Assembly: GCA_938045235.1 (NCBI GenBank)
Contig: CALIMZ010000010.1
Location: 2,060-66,059 of the forward strand
Length of the DNA stretch: 64,000 nt
From: an uncultured Candidatus Saccharibacteria bacterium
Lineage (GTDB): Bacteria; Patescibacteriota; Saccharimonadia; Saccharimonadales; Saccharimonadaceae
Reading direction: 5' to 3'
Made by a program: the position numbers and the translations under genes. The notes under the pieces are model-generated. The model had not been told where the DNA came from and did not search any database. It saw only the letters and a program-made list of their open reading frames with translations. Of the stretch, positions 30,023-38,611 are shown in pieces. The stretch's first letter is position 1. Each line of letters begins with the position of its first letter.

Positions 30023-30619
30023 ATGTTGATTCTAGCAACAAAATCAAGCACGAAACGTAGTTTGATGGATAGAAGCGGATTAGAGTATATAGCTATGCCG
30101 GCTGATGTTGATGAGCGTTCTATCGAAAATGCCCACCCCAGTCTAAACGCTAAAGAAACGGTAATATTGCTGGCGCGAGCAAAAGCCAAAAAGTTATCTT
30201 TAGTGTATCCTAATGAGTTTATCATTGCTGCTGATACATTTGGAGTTTTACCAGATGGGTCGCGGTTGCGTAAGGCTAAAACTACAGAAGAAACGATGAA
30301 GATGTGTTTAAGCCAATCTGGCCAAACAGTCACAATTTATACGGGCATATGCGTTGCTCATCGGAGTAAATTTCATACGGACACTACCGAAACGAAAATA
30401 ACTTATACGAATTTTGATAGAACAACACTAGAAAAAGTTTGGGCACGTGTGGCAGGCTCAGTTCGGCGTAATGCGGCACTCGGTTTCCATGTTGATGCGC
30501 CCGGATTCACGCTAGTTGAGAGGATAGAAGGGTCGTATTTGGGCGCACTTGGCTTGCCGCTTGACAAGGTGCGATTATTGTTGCACCAAGTCGGTTATGA
30601 AAATATTGATTATACTTGA
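30023..30619 (+). CDS. maf: Maf-family nucleoside triphosphate pyrophosphatase
   Basis: LILATKSSTKR, ADVDE, LARAKA, IIAADT, IEGSY..ALGLPL. Confidence 0.85.
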   Translation: MLILATKSSTKRSLMDRSGLEYIAMPADVDERSIENAHPSLNAKETVILLARAKAKKLSLVYPNEFIIAADTFGVLPDGSRLRKAKTTEETMKMCLSQSGQTVTIYTGICVAHRSKFHTDTTETKITYTNFDRTTLEKVWARVAGSVRRNAALGFHVDAPGFTLVERIEGSYLGALGLPLDKVRLLLHQVGYENIDYT

Positions 30620-30709
30620 GAGTGGAAGCTGAAGCGAGGCTCAGATAAGGACTTGTTAGATATAGAACTAATTGATAATTATCGATTTAATCAAAAGAAG
30701 CAATCATGA
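30620..30709 (+). pseudogene. C-terminal remnant of a deleted gene (nucleotidyltransferase-like tail)
   Basis: Reads EWKLKRGSDKDLLDIELIDNYRFNQKKQS*; stop overlaps NUDIX start (ATGA); no start codon. Confidence 0.4.
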
Positions 30710-31188
30710 CCAAAACTATAATTTGTAAAGACGTCTTTGGTAATCAATACATCGTGCCGGTCGACGAGCTAAATATTCGCGTTGGTGTGTATGCCGTCAT
30801 TATCGAAAATGGCAAAATTTTGTTGACGCGTCAGTGGGACGGCTACAGCTTAATTGGCGGCGGCGTTGAAAAAGGCGAAACAATTGAAGAGGCTATTATT
30901 CGCGAAGTCAAAGAAGAGACTGGGCTTGCCATGATGCCAGATAAAATTATCCATCAGGCGACGACCTTTTTTAAGCGTAACGCCGAGTCAAAAGCTAATC
31001 AATCGATTCAGCTTTATTTTACACACAGCCAGTTACGCGGCGAAATCAGTAACGACAGAATTACCTCGAGCGAAAAAACTTACACGCACGGTACGCCGGA
31101 ATGGGTAGATTTGAGTGAAATTGATAAAATTAATTTCCGTCACAGCGTGAGTCTGACGACGATTTTACGGGCATATGGTGAGAAGTAG
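30706..31188 (+). CDS. NUDIX hydrolase
   Basis: Nudix box GGGVEKGETIEEAIIREVKEETGL. Confidence 0.93.
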   Translation: MTKTIICKDVFGNQYIVPVDELNIRVGVYAVIIENGKILLTRQWDGYSLIGGGVEKGETIEEAIIREVKEETGLAMMPDKIIHQATTFFKRNAESKANQSIQLYFTHSQLRGEISNDRITSSEKTYTHGTPEWVDLSEIDKINFRHSVSLTTILRAYGEK

Positions 31189-31660
31189 GGAGGTCAGCTT
31201 CGGGTACATTAAGTCAGAAGGGATTGATGGCGCATGCGAGGCGGAGGTTCGTAGACAGTTGGAATAACAAGATTTAGAGCTTACTTGGACAAAAGACGTT
31301 TTCATGAGTTATCTAAATCTACGCGAACATCAACCAATCTTATTTGATATCAGGGGCGATTTGAACGATATTTGGAAAATTCAGGGCGCTGCTCGTTTGA
31401 TCGGCACAACGGTGCGAACTATGGGCGTATTGGGAATTGAAGCAATTGATAGACTGATGGATGTTAAGTTGTCAATTCGTGATCAATTTGCTCTACCCTG
31501 TGAATTCGACCGCGAAAAACAAATGGGTTACCCTAATTACATGCATGCCGCTGACGACCGTGAGCAAGTTGAGCAAGACGTTAAAATACTCGTCCCTGAA
31601 GAATTACCAATCGTACAGCAATACAACGGTGTTAATCGATTGACGAAGCGGGTGTGGTAG
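31175..31660 (+). pseudogene. Divergent nucleoside-diphosphate-kinase-like gene interrupted by in-frame TAA (31265-31267)
   Basis: ATG 31175 is in frame with ORF 31304-31660; SFGYIKSEG, IRDQFA and NYMHAADDREQVEQDV resemble NDK motifs. Confidence 0.6.
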
Positions 31661-31675
31661 TTAATAATTAACTTA

Positions 31676-32260
31676 ATGAATAATATAATTTATTTCGCTA
31701 CCTCAAATTCGCAAAAATTTGCCAGCCTGAAAAATCTTCTCGTACCACTAGGGGTTGATCTACGGCAGCTAGAGTACGACTTTGACGAAGGGCGCGATCT
31801 GGACATCCGCAAAATTACTGAAGCAAAGCTTATGCAAGCCAAGCGCGCTTTTCCAGGCAAGCGATTAGTAGTCGACGATCGCGGCTTTTTCATTCCGGCG
31901 CTGGGCGGTTTTCCGGGTCCGTTCGTCAAACTACTATTGGATAGTTTCAGCTATAAGGGCTTGATTAAGCTCATGGCAGGTGAAACCGATCGCCGGGCAG
32001 TGTTTTCGTTTGGGCTCGGTTATTTCGACGGCGAAAGCGACACGATTCTAACAGCGGATGAGGTCGGATTTATCACCAATGAGCCGCGTGGCGATAACCT
32101 GCACGGCTGGACGGAACTATTGTACGTATACGGCTATGATACCTTTCCAGGCAGGAGTTTGGCAGAGCTGAACGACGATGAATGGCAGGAATATTTAGCA
32201 TCAATTGAAGAGGTTGACGTGTTTGCGAAGCTGCGGGATTATTTAGTAAAGAAGTCGTGA
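31676..32260 (+). CDS. Non-canonical purine NTP pyrophosphatase (Ham1/RdgB/ITPase family)
   Basis: IYFATSNSQK, VDDRG..IPALGGFPGPFVK, G.ITNEPRG. Confidence 0.88.
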   Translation: MNNIIYFATSNSQKFASLKNLLVPLGVDLRQLEYDFDEGRDLDIRKITEAKLMQAKRAFPGKRLVVDDRGFFIPALGGFPGPFVKLLLDSFSYKGLIKLMAGETDRRAVFSFGLGYFDGESDTILTADEVGFITNEPRGDNLHGWTELLYVYGYDTFPGRSLAELNDDEWQEYLASIEEVDVFAKLRDYLVKKS

Positions 32261-32344
32261 TGAAACTGTAGCCGCCCAAAATCTATATACGCAGCAATCG
32301 AAAAGCCTGATAGTAAACCTCCTTGCGTCTTACATAAAGCTAAT

Positions 32345-33376
32345 CTAAACTTCGCTAATTTTTAGCAGCGATTTAATTGCTTGGCGCTGATCCATTTTTT
32401 GGTAGGCTTCGTTGATATTATCAAGCGTGGTCGCGTAAGTGAAAACTCGCCCAGGATTGATATCGCCTTTGAGTACAGCGTCAAGCAGCAATGGCGCATA
32501 TGCCCGTGTCGGCGCAGGACCGCCATGAATGCCAACGGCGCCAAAGAAAATTTTCTCAAACGGGATCGTTACGTTGTGTGGTATTCCGACAGTCCCGACC
32601 GTAGCGCCAGGACGGGCAATATTGATAGCTGTCTGCATTGAAGCGTCGCTACCAACACACTCTAACACTGCATCAACGCCGACGCTCTCATCGGTTAGGG
32701 CTTTTACGTTGGCTTCTCCAGTTTCACCGCGCTCAGGTATAACGTCAGTGGCGCCAAATTCGCGGCCCAGGGCTTGGCGATCGTCGTGCCGGCTCATTAA
32801 AATAATCCGCTTAGCTCCCAGCATCTTAGATGCTATCACGCCGCATAGTCCTACTGCGCCGTCGCCGACGACCGCTACGGTGTCGCCTGGCTTAACGCGT
32901 GCCATAACCGCGGCATGATAGCCGGTTCCCATGACGTCGCTAACGGTGAGGATAGAGGCGAGCTGCTCATCGGAGTAGTTGCCGTCGGGGATTTTATACA
33001 GCGACCCATCGGCAAGCGGTACATACGAATACTCGCTTTGTCCGGTGTGGTACCAATCGCCATGCAGACAGTTAGTCTGGCGCCCAGCGCGGCAATTCGC
33101 GCATGTACCATCGCTTAGCCCAAACGGGATAATGACGAAATCGCCTGGTTTGAAATTTTTGACGTTTTCGCCGACTTGATCGACGACGCCAATGCCTTCA
33201 TGCCCGACTTGACTACCGCTCGGCATTTCGCTGATGCCGCGGTAAAACCACAGGTCGCTGCCGCACACGCACGCCCGCACCGCTCGGATGATAGCGTCGG
33301 TCGGTTGCTGTATCGTTGGCTTGTCAATGTTTTCGCATACGACTAAGCCTGGTTGTTTGAAAATTGCTGCTTTCAT
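32345..33376 (-). CDS. Zinc-dependent alcohol dehydrogenase (MDR family)
   Basis: CVCGSD, GHEGIG, DGTCANC...C, VVGDGAVGL. Confidence 0.93.
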   Translation of the reverse strand: MKAAIFKQPGLVVCENIDKPTIQQPTDAIIRAVRACVCGSDLWFYRGISEMPSGSQVGHEGIGVVDQVGENVKNFKPGDFVIIPFGLSDGTCANCRAGRQTNCLHGDWYHTGQSEYSYVPLADGSLYKIPDGNYSDEQLASILTVSDVMGTGYHAAVMARVKPGDTVAVVGDGAVGLCGVIASKMLGAKRIILMSRHDDRQALGREFGATDVIPERGETGEANVKALTDESVGVDAVLECVGSDASMQTAINIARPGATVGTVGIPHNVTIPFEKIFFGAVGIHGGPAPTRAYAPLLLDAVLKGDINPGRVFTYATTLDNINEAYQKMDQRQAIKSLLKISEV

Positions 33377-33509
33377 AGTATCCTCCCATCTTCTGTATCT
33401 ATTATAACGCTTATGGTAAAAATTAACGTATGCAAAGATTGTTTTTTAGAGATGATGTGTTTTGATCTGTTATTTGGTTGACTGATCATTCAATAGTATA
33501 CTTAAGCAT

Positions 33510-35342
33510 ATGAAGCGGGTGATCTTCGGTGGTATTATCACGGTAGTGTTTGTACTGTTAGGCGCGAGTTGCGCGATAGCGGCGCACAGTAATACGCGCG
33601 ATACAAATAACTTTACGATTACGAATTATGACGTACAGCTAGAGCTGGGGCGCGACCGCGATAACCGTTCAATACTCAAAACAATCGAAACTATTACTGC
33701 GGATTTTCCGCCGGATCAAAACCATGGCATCACGCGCCAATTTGTGAAGAAATACGATGGGCACGCGACGGATTTCACATTAGAGTCGGTGAAAGACGAA
33801 CATGGCGTTGATCTTGAGTACCATCAGAATGGCAGCACGCTCCGCATCGGTAATAAAAACGCGTATGTCAGCGGCACAAAAACATACGTTATCACTTACA
33901 CGCAGCGCGACGTTACACGATACTATAGCGATACGCAAAAAGACGAATTCTATTGGAATGCAATCGGAGTAGACTCTCCCGTACCAGTGGCGTCGGCGGT
34001 AGTGACGCTCAAACTGGACACAGCGCTTGCTGGCAAAGCAAAAACAAACATACAGTGCTATTATGGGGTGCTGCAAGCAAAAAATACGTGCGAGTCGACA
34101 GTTTCGGGCGCAGATTATTCGTTGCGTGCGAATAACCTCGGGCGGTATCAAGGTGTGACAATTGCGCTTGGGTTTGAGCCGGGAACGTTCGCTGCATACC
34201 AGCCGTCGCTGCGCGAGCGACTGCCAAATATTATTTTAACCGGAGCGGCAGCCATGTTCGGCATGGGTATTGTCGTACTAGTATTTTGTTCGCGCAAGTG
34301 GAAAAAGAAACTTGCTGAAGAATTGGCACAGGCGGCCGCGATCCGGCGCCAGCCGGTTGCGCCGGAATATGTCCCACCCGCCGATCGCTCGGTTGTTGAG
34401 TCGATAGCAGTTTTAGGGTGGCATAATTTCGGTAAGGCGCTGTCGGCGCAAGTGGTTGACTGGGCGGTGCGCCACATTATTGAAATTCGCCAGACAGGCA
34501 CGGGCAAGCACGATTATATGTTTGTGGTGAAAAAATCGTTTGCCGGCACGACCAAACATGAAAGAACTCTTGCTGCGTCAATATTCGGCAGTGATTTGGC
34601 CGTAGGAACGGAGCGGACATTTAGGCAAATTAAGCAGAAAAGCTACTCTGTATCGTCGCGGTTCTTGTCGTTATGCCGTCAAATAAAACGGGGCGAATTA
34701 TTCTTATATAACCGCAAAGAAATATCGCTGTATACGACATGGCTGGTTACATCATTAACATCTGTTGCTGCGATATTTTTCATAATACTATGGCTATCGG
34801 GCGATGATGCTGAAGGCGGGGATATTTCGCCTCTTGCGGCTATAGCATGTGCTGGTGCTGTTATTCTAAACGTTGCTATTGCAGTTATTATGTCGCGCCG
34901 CGCACAGAATCGGCTGAGTACGCAAGGCGAAGAATTAAAACGCTATTTGCGGGGGCTAAAACTGTATATCAATGCCGCCGAAGCCGACCAACTGCGCATG
35001 CTGCAAAGTCCGGAGGGGGCGGACAAAGTAGGCGACGTGGCGAGCGATAATGGCGCGCTCGTGCGATTGTACGAACGCTGCTTACCGTATGCGATCATCT
35101 TTGGTTGCGAACGAGAGTGGAATAAGCGGCTTGGACAGTTATATGAAGAATTGAACGAGTCGCCAGATTGGATAACCGCAGATGGTGTATCGCTTGGTAT
35201 GAACATCGCAATACTTTCTCAATTGACATCGGATTTTTCGGAAATTGGCGCAAGCAGCATGGTCGGCAGCGTTAGCTCGTCGTCAAGCTTCGGCGGTTCA
35301 TCGGGCGGCGGCGGTGGGGGAGGCGGCGTTGGTGGCTGGTAA
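33510..35342 (+). CDS. DUF2207-family membrane protein
   Basis: Signal peptide, DEFYWNAIG, GLKLYI..AE, YERCLPYAIIFG, Gly-rich GGGGGGGVGGW end. Confidence 0.85.
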   Translation: MKRVIFGGIITVVFVLLGASCAIAAHSNTRDTNNFTITNYDVQLELGRDRDNRSILKTIETITADFPPDQNHGITRQFVKKYDGHATDFTLESVKDEHGVDLEYHQNGSTLRIGNKNAYVSGTKTYVITYTQRDVTRYYSDTQKDEFYWNAIGVDSPVPVASAVVTLKLDTALAGKAKTNIQCYYGVLQAKNTCESTVSGADYSLRANNLGRYQGVTIALGFEPGTFAAYQPSLRERLPNIILTGAAAMFGMGIVVLVFCSRKWKKKLAEELAQAAAIRRQPVAPEYVPPADRSVVESIAVLGWHNFGKALSAQVVDWAVRHIIEIRQTGTGKHDYMFVVKKSFAGTTKHERTLAASIFGSDLAVGTERTFRQIKQKSYSVSSRFLSLCRQIKRGELFLYNRKEISLYTTWLVTSLTSVAAIFFIILWLSGDDAEGGDISPLAAIACAGAVILNVAIAVIMSRRAQNRLSTQGEELKRYLRGLKLYINAAEADQLRMLQSPEGADKVGDVASDNGALVRLYERCLPYAIIFGCEREWNKRLGQLYEELNESPDWITADGVSLGMNIAILSQLTSDFSEIGASSMVGSVSSSSSFGGSSGGGGGGGGVGGW

Positions 35343-35426
35343 TCTTGCCGGCTGCACGTAATGAGAGAAACTCGAGCTAAAAGGTGACGGTGCCGGTGGC
35401 CTAGAACAACAAAAATGCACTATTGT

Positions 35427-35459
35427 TTGACTTTTTATAATACTTTGTATAACATAGAA
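35427..35459 (+). promoter_or_regulatory. padR promoter with overlapping imperfect inverted repeat (candidate PadR operator)
   Basis: TTGACT-17-TAACAT; TACTTTGT-ATA-ACATAGAA at 35441-35459. Confidence 0.55.
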
Positions 35460-35500
35460 CTAACGAAGACAATCTTCGGATAGTAACGAAAGGAGTATGC

Positions 35501-35902
35501 ATGGATCAAAATGCAGATTCTAGCGGCGCAGTCAACCAGCCGCCGCAGCCAACCAAAAGCGCAGAAAGCTACGCCGATCAACTCGCGACGCAGTTGCGCA
35601 AAGGATTTTTGGCGTATTGCGTGCTTGTGATTTGCGCGCAGCAGCCGCACTATACCGGCGATCTCGTCAAGCGGTTACATCAAGCAGAGCTTGTCGTGGT
35701 GGAAGGGACAATTTATCCGCTCCTTGGGCGGCTGCAGCGTGATGGCTTGTTGCGCTACGATTGGCAGGAAAGCGAACAGGGGCCGCCGCGCAAATACTAT
35801 GCCCTCACAGAGTATGGACAACATGTCATGATTGAACTAAAACAGCGTGTCAAGACGCTAAATTCGACGCTAAAAACGCTAGAGAAAGGAGCGAAGTCGT
35901 GA
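35501..35902 (+). CDS. PadR-family transcriptional regulator
   Basis: QLRKGFL, EGTIYPLLGRL, W.ES..GPPRKYY.LT..G. Confidence 0.93.
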   Translation: MDQNADSSGAVNQPPQPTKSAESYADQLATQLRKGFLAYCVLVICAQQPHYTGDLVKRLHQAELVVVEGTIYPLLGRLQRDGLLRYDWQESEQGPPRKYYALTEYGQHVMIELKQRVKTLNSTLKTLEKGAKS

Positions 35903-37236
35903 AAGAAGTTACCAGAATGCACTTGGCGAAAACGCCGTACAGCGTAGAAATCGATGCGAAAAAAGCACTTGAAAAGTATTTAGCTGCAATCGAAAAAACA
36001 ATGCAAGCCGAGCCGGAGGCAATGCGGGAAATTGAGGCGCGCATGGTTGAGCTGCTAGCGGAGCGCGGCGTCGCAAAAGATGGTGTTATTTCGCTTGATG
36101 ACGTCAATGCGTTGAAAACGCAGATGGGCGATCCAAAAGAATTCTCGGAAAACGGCGAAACGCGCGAGTCATCGGACGAGGCCGCAGAATCTCCAAATGA
36201 TACGCGCCATAAGCCGCCGAAACGCCTCATGCGCGATACGCAGCAGGGTATGCTCGGCGGCGTATGCAGTGGCTTGGCGGCATATTTTGGTATTGATGTT
36301 GTGCTCGTGCGGCTGATCGCGGTCGGATTATTGTTTGTGTCGTTTGGCACAGCAGTGCTTGTCTATATTATATTGTGGCTCGTGGTTCCTGAAGCAAAAA
36401 CAGCAGCCGATAAATTACAGATGCGCGGTGAACCAGTTACGTTGGACAGTTTGAAGAACTTTTCAACGAGCGAGATATCGAGTCAGGATATTGCCGGCAA
36501 TGGTAGCGAGATTGTGAGAAAATGTATCGGCATCACGACGGGTGTGATTGCATTAATAATGATGGCAGGCTTCCTGATCGCGCTTGTAGTCGGCGGTTGG
36601 TCTGGCTTCTCTATTATCGGGTTGCTTGATGGGTTTGCAGCGCAGCCGTATGTGCTAGGTATACTGATCTCGCTGATCATCGGCGGTATAGCACTCGTAC
36701 TGCTGTGCGGTTTGTTTGCAACAATGGCGTTGACATGGCGCACGCGCCGGCCAGTAGTGCTGGGTATGCTGGCGGCGTTGATCGTCGGCTCGCTCGCGAT
36801 TTCAAGTACAGCGATCTTCGGACTGCAAGCGAGTACGGAATTACCGCGCGACGTAAAACGCTTAACAAGGGTAGTAAAATTAGATTTGCCAGATATGACG
36901 GGCGTAAAATCTATCAGAATGAAAGATGACGCTATGCATCTTAGCCTGCAGTATAAAAAATCAAGCGAACCGACGCGCGCCGAACTGCACTACATGGATC
37001 TGAAAGGCGCAGAAAAGCCAGAAGTCAAATTTGATCGACGAGGCGACGTATTGTACGTTGATGTCAGTCATAAATCCAGCGACCGGTGCGTAAATGGCTC
37101 TGCTGGCGCAGCATTTTTGCTTGGCTCGCGCACTGGCATGCTGTGCGGCAGCGGCTTTAATTGGGCGCGTGTTGTGTTCTACGGTCCGGTCGATATTATT
37201 ACGGGTGATACGAATCAATTTGAACTTGCCGAGTAA
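35899..37236 (+). CDS. PspC-domain membrane protein
   Basis: KRLMRD...MLGGVCSGLAAYFGID..LVR, YIILWLVVP; GTGA overlap with padR. Confidence 0.88.
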   Translation: MKEVTRMHLAKTPYSVEIDAKKALEKYLAAIEKTMQAEPEAMREIEARMVELLAERGVAKDGVISLDDVNALKTQMGDPKEFSENGETRESSDEAAESPNDTRHKPPKRLMRDTQQGMLGGVCSGLAAYFGIDVVLVRLIAVGLLFVSFGTAVLVYIILWLVVPEAKTAADKLQMRGEPVTLDSLKNFSTSEISSQDIAGNGSEIVRKCIGITTGVIALIMMAGFLIALVVGGWSGFSIIGLLDGFAAQPYVLGILISLIIGGIALVLLCGLFATMALTWRTRRPVVLGMLAALIVGSLAISSTAIFGLQASTELPRDVKRLTRVVKLDLPDMTGVKSIRMKDDAMHLSLQYKKSSEPTRAELHYMDLKGAEKPEVKFDRRGDVLYVDVSHKSSDRCVNGSAGAAFLLGSRTGMLCGSGFNWARVVFYGPVDIITGDTNQFELAE

Positions 37237-37275
37237 CTTGGTTATAATACGTGAAATGAAGAGGCAGTTTTAGTT

Positions 37276-38112
37276 GTGGCATGGTGGCAAGCGATCATTC
37301 TGGGAATTGTTGAAGGCATTACGGAGTTTTTGCCGGTCTCTTCAACGGGCCATTTAACGATTGTTGAAAAACTGATGGGTATGAACCTGAACGACGTGAG
37401 TCTAACGGCGTTTACTGCGGTGATACAGATTGGTGCGATTGCTGCCGCGGTCGTGTACTTTTGGAGCGATATTTGGCGCGTGCTGAGTGCATGGTGGCGC
37501 GGTTTATGGTGGGGGCGTGCTCGGCGTAAATTTGATTATGCGTATGGCTGGGCGATTATCATTGGCTCGGTGCCGATTGCAGTTGTCGGTCTAGCTTTTA
37601 AGGATGAAATTGAGACGGTACTGCGCAGCCTGTGGTTCGTCGCGTTCGCGCTGATTGGCTGGAGTGTCGTGATGTGGCTGGCAGATATGTATGGTAAAAC
37701 AAAGCGTGCCGAGACTGACACAACGTGGCGCGACACGTTGATTATTGGTGTAGCGCAATGCCTCGCGTTGATTCCTGGCGTGAGCCGTTCTGGCGCGACG
37801 ATTTCCGCTGGCTTGCTGCGTGGTTTTGATCGTGTAGCAGTGACAAAACTAAGTTTCTTTCTTGGTATTCCGGCGCTTGTGGCGGCGGGTGCGCTGCAAG
37901 CGGTTACTGAGCACAAGCATATCGCGGCTGGCGTGGGGTGGGGAAATACGCTGCTCGCGACGGCTGTATCGGCTGTTGTTGGTTATGCTGTCATCGCGTG
38001 GCTGTTGAAATATGTTGCTCATAATAATTTCTCGGCGTTTATTTGGTATCGCGTGATACTTGGCGGATTAGTGATTGTATTGCTCGCGAGCGGTGTAATA
38101 TCTGCGGTATAG
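37276..38112 (+). CDS. uppP: Undecaprenyl-diphosphate phosphatase (BacA)
   Basis: GIVEGITEFLPVSSTGH, AQCLALIPGVSRSGATI. Confidence 0.96.
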   Translation: MAWWQAIILGIVEGITEFLPVSSTGHLTIVEKLMGMNLNDVSLTAFTAVIQIGAIAAAVVYFWSDIWRVLSAWWRGLWWGRARRKFDYAYGWAIIIGSVPIAVVGLAFKDEIETVLRSLWFVAFALIGWSVVMWLADMYGKTKRAETDTTWRDTLIIGVAQCLALIPGVSRSGATISAGLLRGFDRVAVTKLSFFLGIPALVAAGALQAVTEHKHIAAGVGWGNTLLATAVSAVVGYAVIAWLLKYVAHNNFSAFIWYRVILGGLVIVLLASGVISAV

Positions 38113-38146
38113 CTAAAAACAAACAAGATCTAGAATCATAATAAGC

Positions 38147-38186
38147 TAAAACAGGGTCAACTGCTGTGGTTGTTGACCCTGTTTTA
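38147..38186. terminator. Bidirectional terminator between convergent genes
   Basis: TAAAACAGGGTCAAC...GTTGACCCTGTTTTA 15-bp stem. Confidence 0.8.
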
Positions 38187-38200
38187 CTAGCGCTAAGCTT

Positions 38201-38506
38201 TTAGTTATTGCTACTAGCGATATTTTCACTATTTTCAGCAATCTCGCCGAGCAGGATGTCGACTTCGTCGGAGACAATATCTGCAAAGTCCGGTACGTTT
38301 GTTTGCAGCCATTGCACGATTTCACTATCGCCTGCATCTCTCATTGAGGCAAGCTCATGCGCCTGTTCAGGCGATAACTCGTAAGCGATTTCGTCAAATA
38401 CTCGCGTATCAAGCGTTTCTTCAAAGTGTTCGGAGAGGGAAGCGAAAGCTTCGTCGCTTAAGTTAATTCCTAGATTTGTGAGAACTGTTTTGCTAAGTAC
38501 TGGCAT
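38201..38506 (-). CDS. Small acidic helical protein, DUF5663-like
   Basis: LTNLG..LS.E...L..RV....LS.EQ...WLQTNVPDF..IV.DE pattern recalled for a CPR-enriched family. Confidence 0.55.
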   Translation of the reverse strand: MPVLSKTVLTNLGINLSDEAFASLSEHFEETLDTRVFDEIAYELSPEQAHELASMRDAGDSEIVQWLQTNVPDFADIVSDEVDILLGEIAENSENIASSNN

Positions 38507-38611
38507 AAGAATATCCTTTTCTGGTTATTTATAGGTTGATAGGTGGGTGTGGCTAATTAAGTATCATTACGTCTACGGTTTTACTCCTCTTTGCTAGTGT
38601 GCGTTTTGCGG

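Noticed and set aside
31659..31673. Palindrome AGTTAAT-A-ATTAACT between array genes as an attC-like site
   Set aside because: Short, AT-rich, not repeated at other junctions, and no integron integrase is present.
35280..35342. GGC-rich run as a contingency or simple-sequence repeat
   Set aside because: It encodes the normal Gly-rich C-terminus of DUF2207 proteins.
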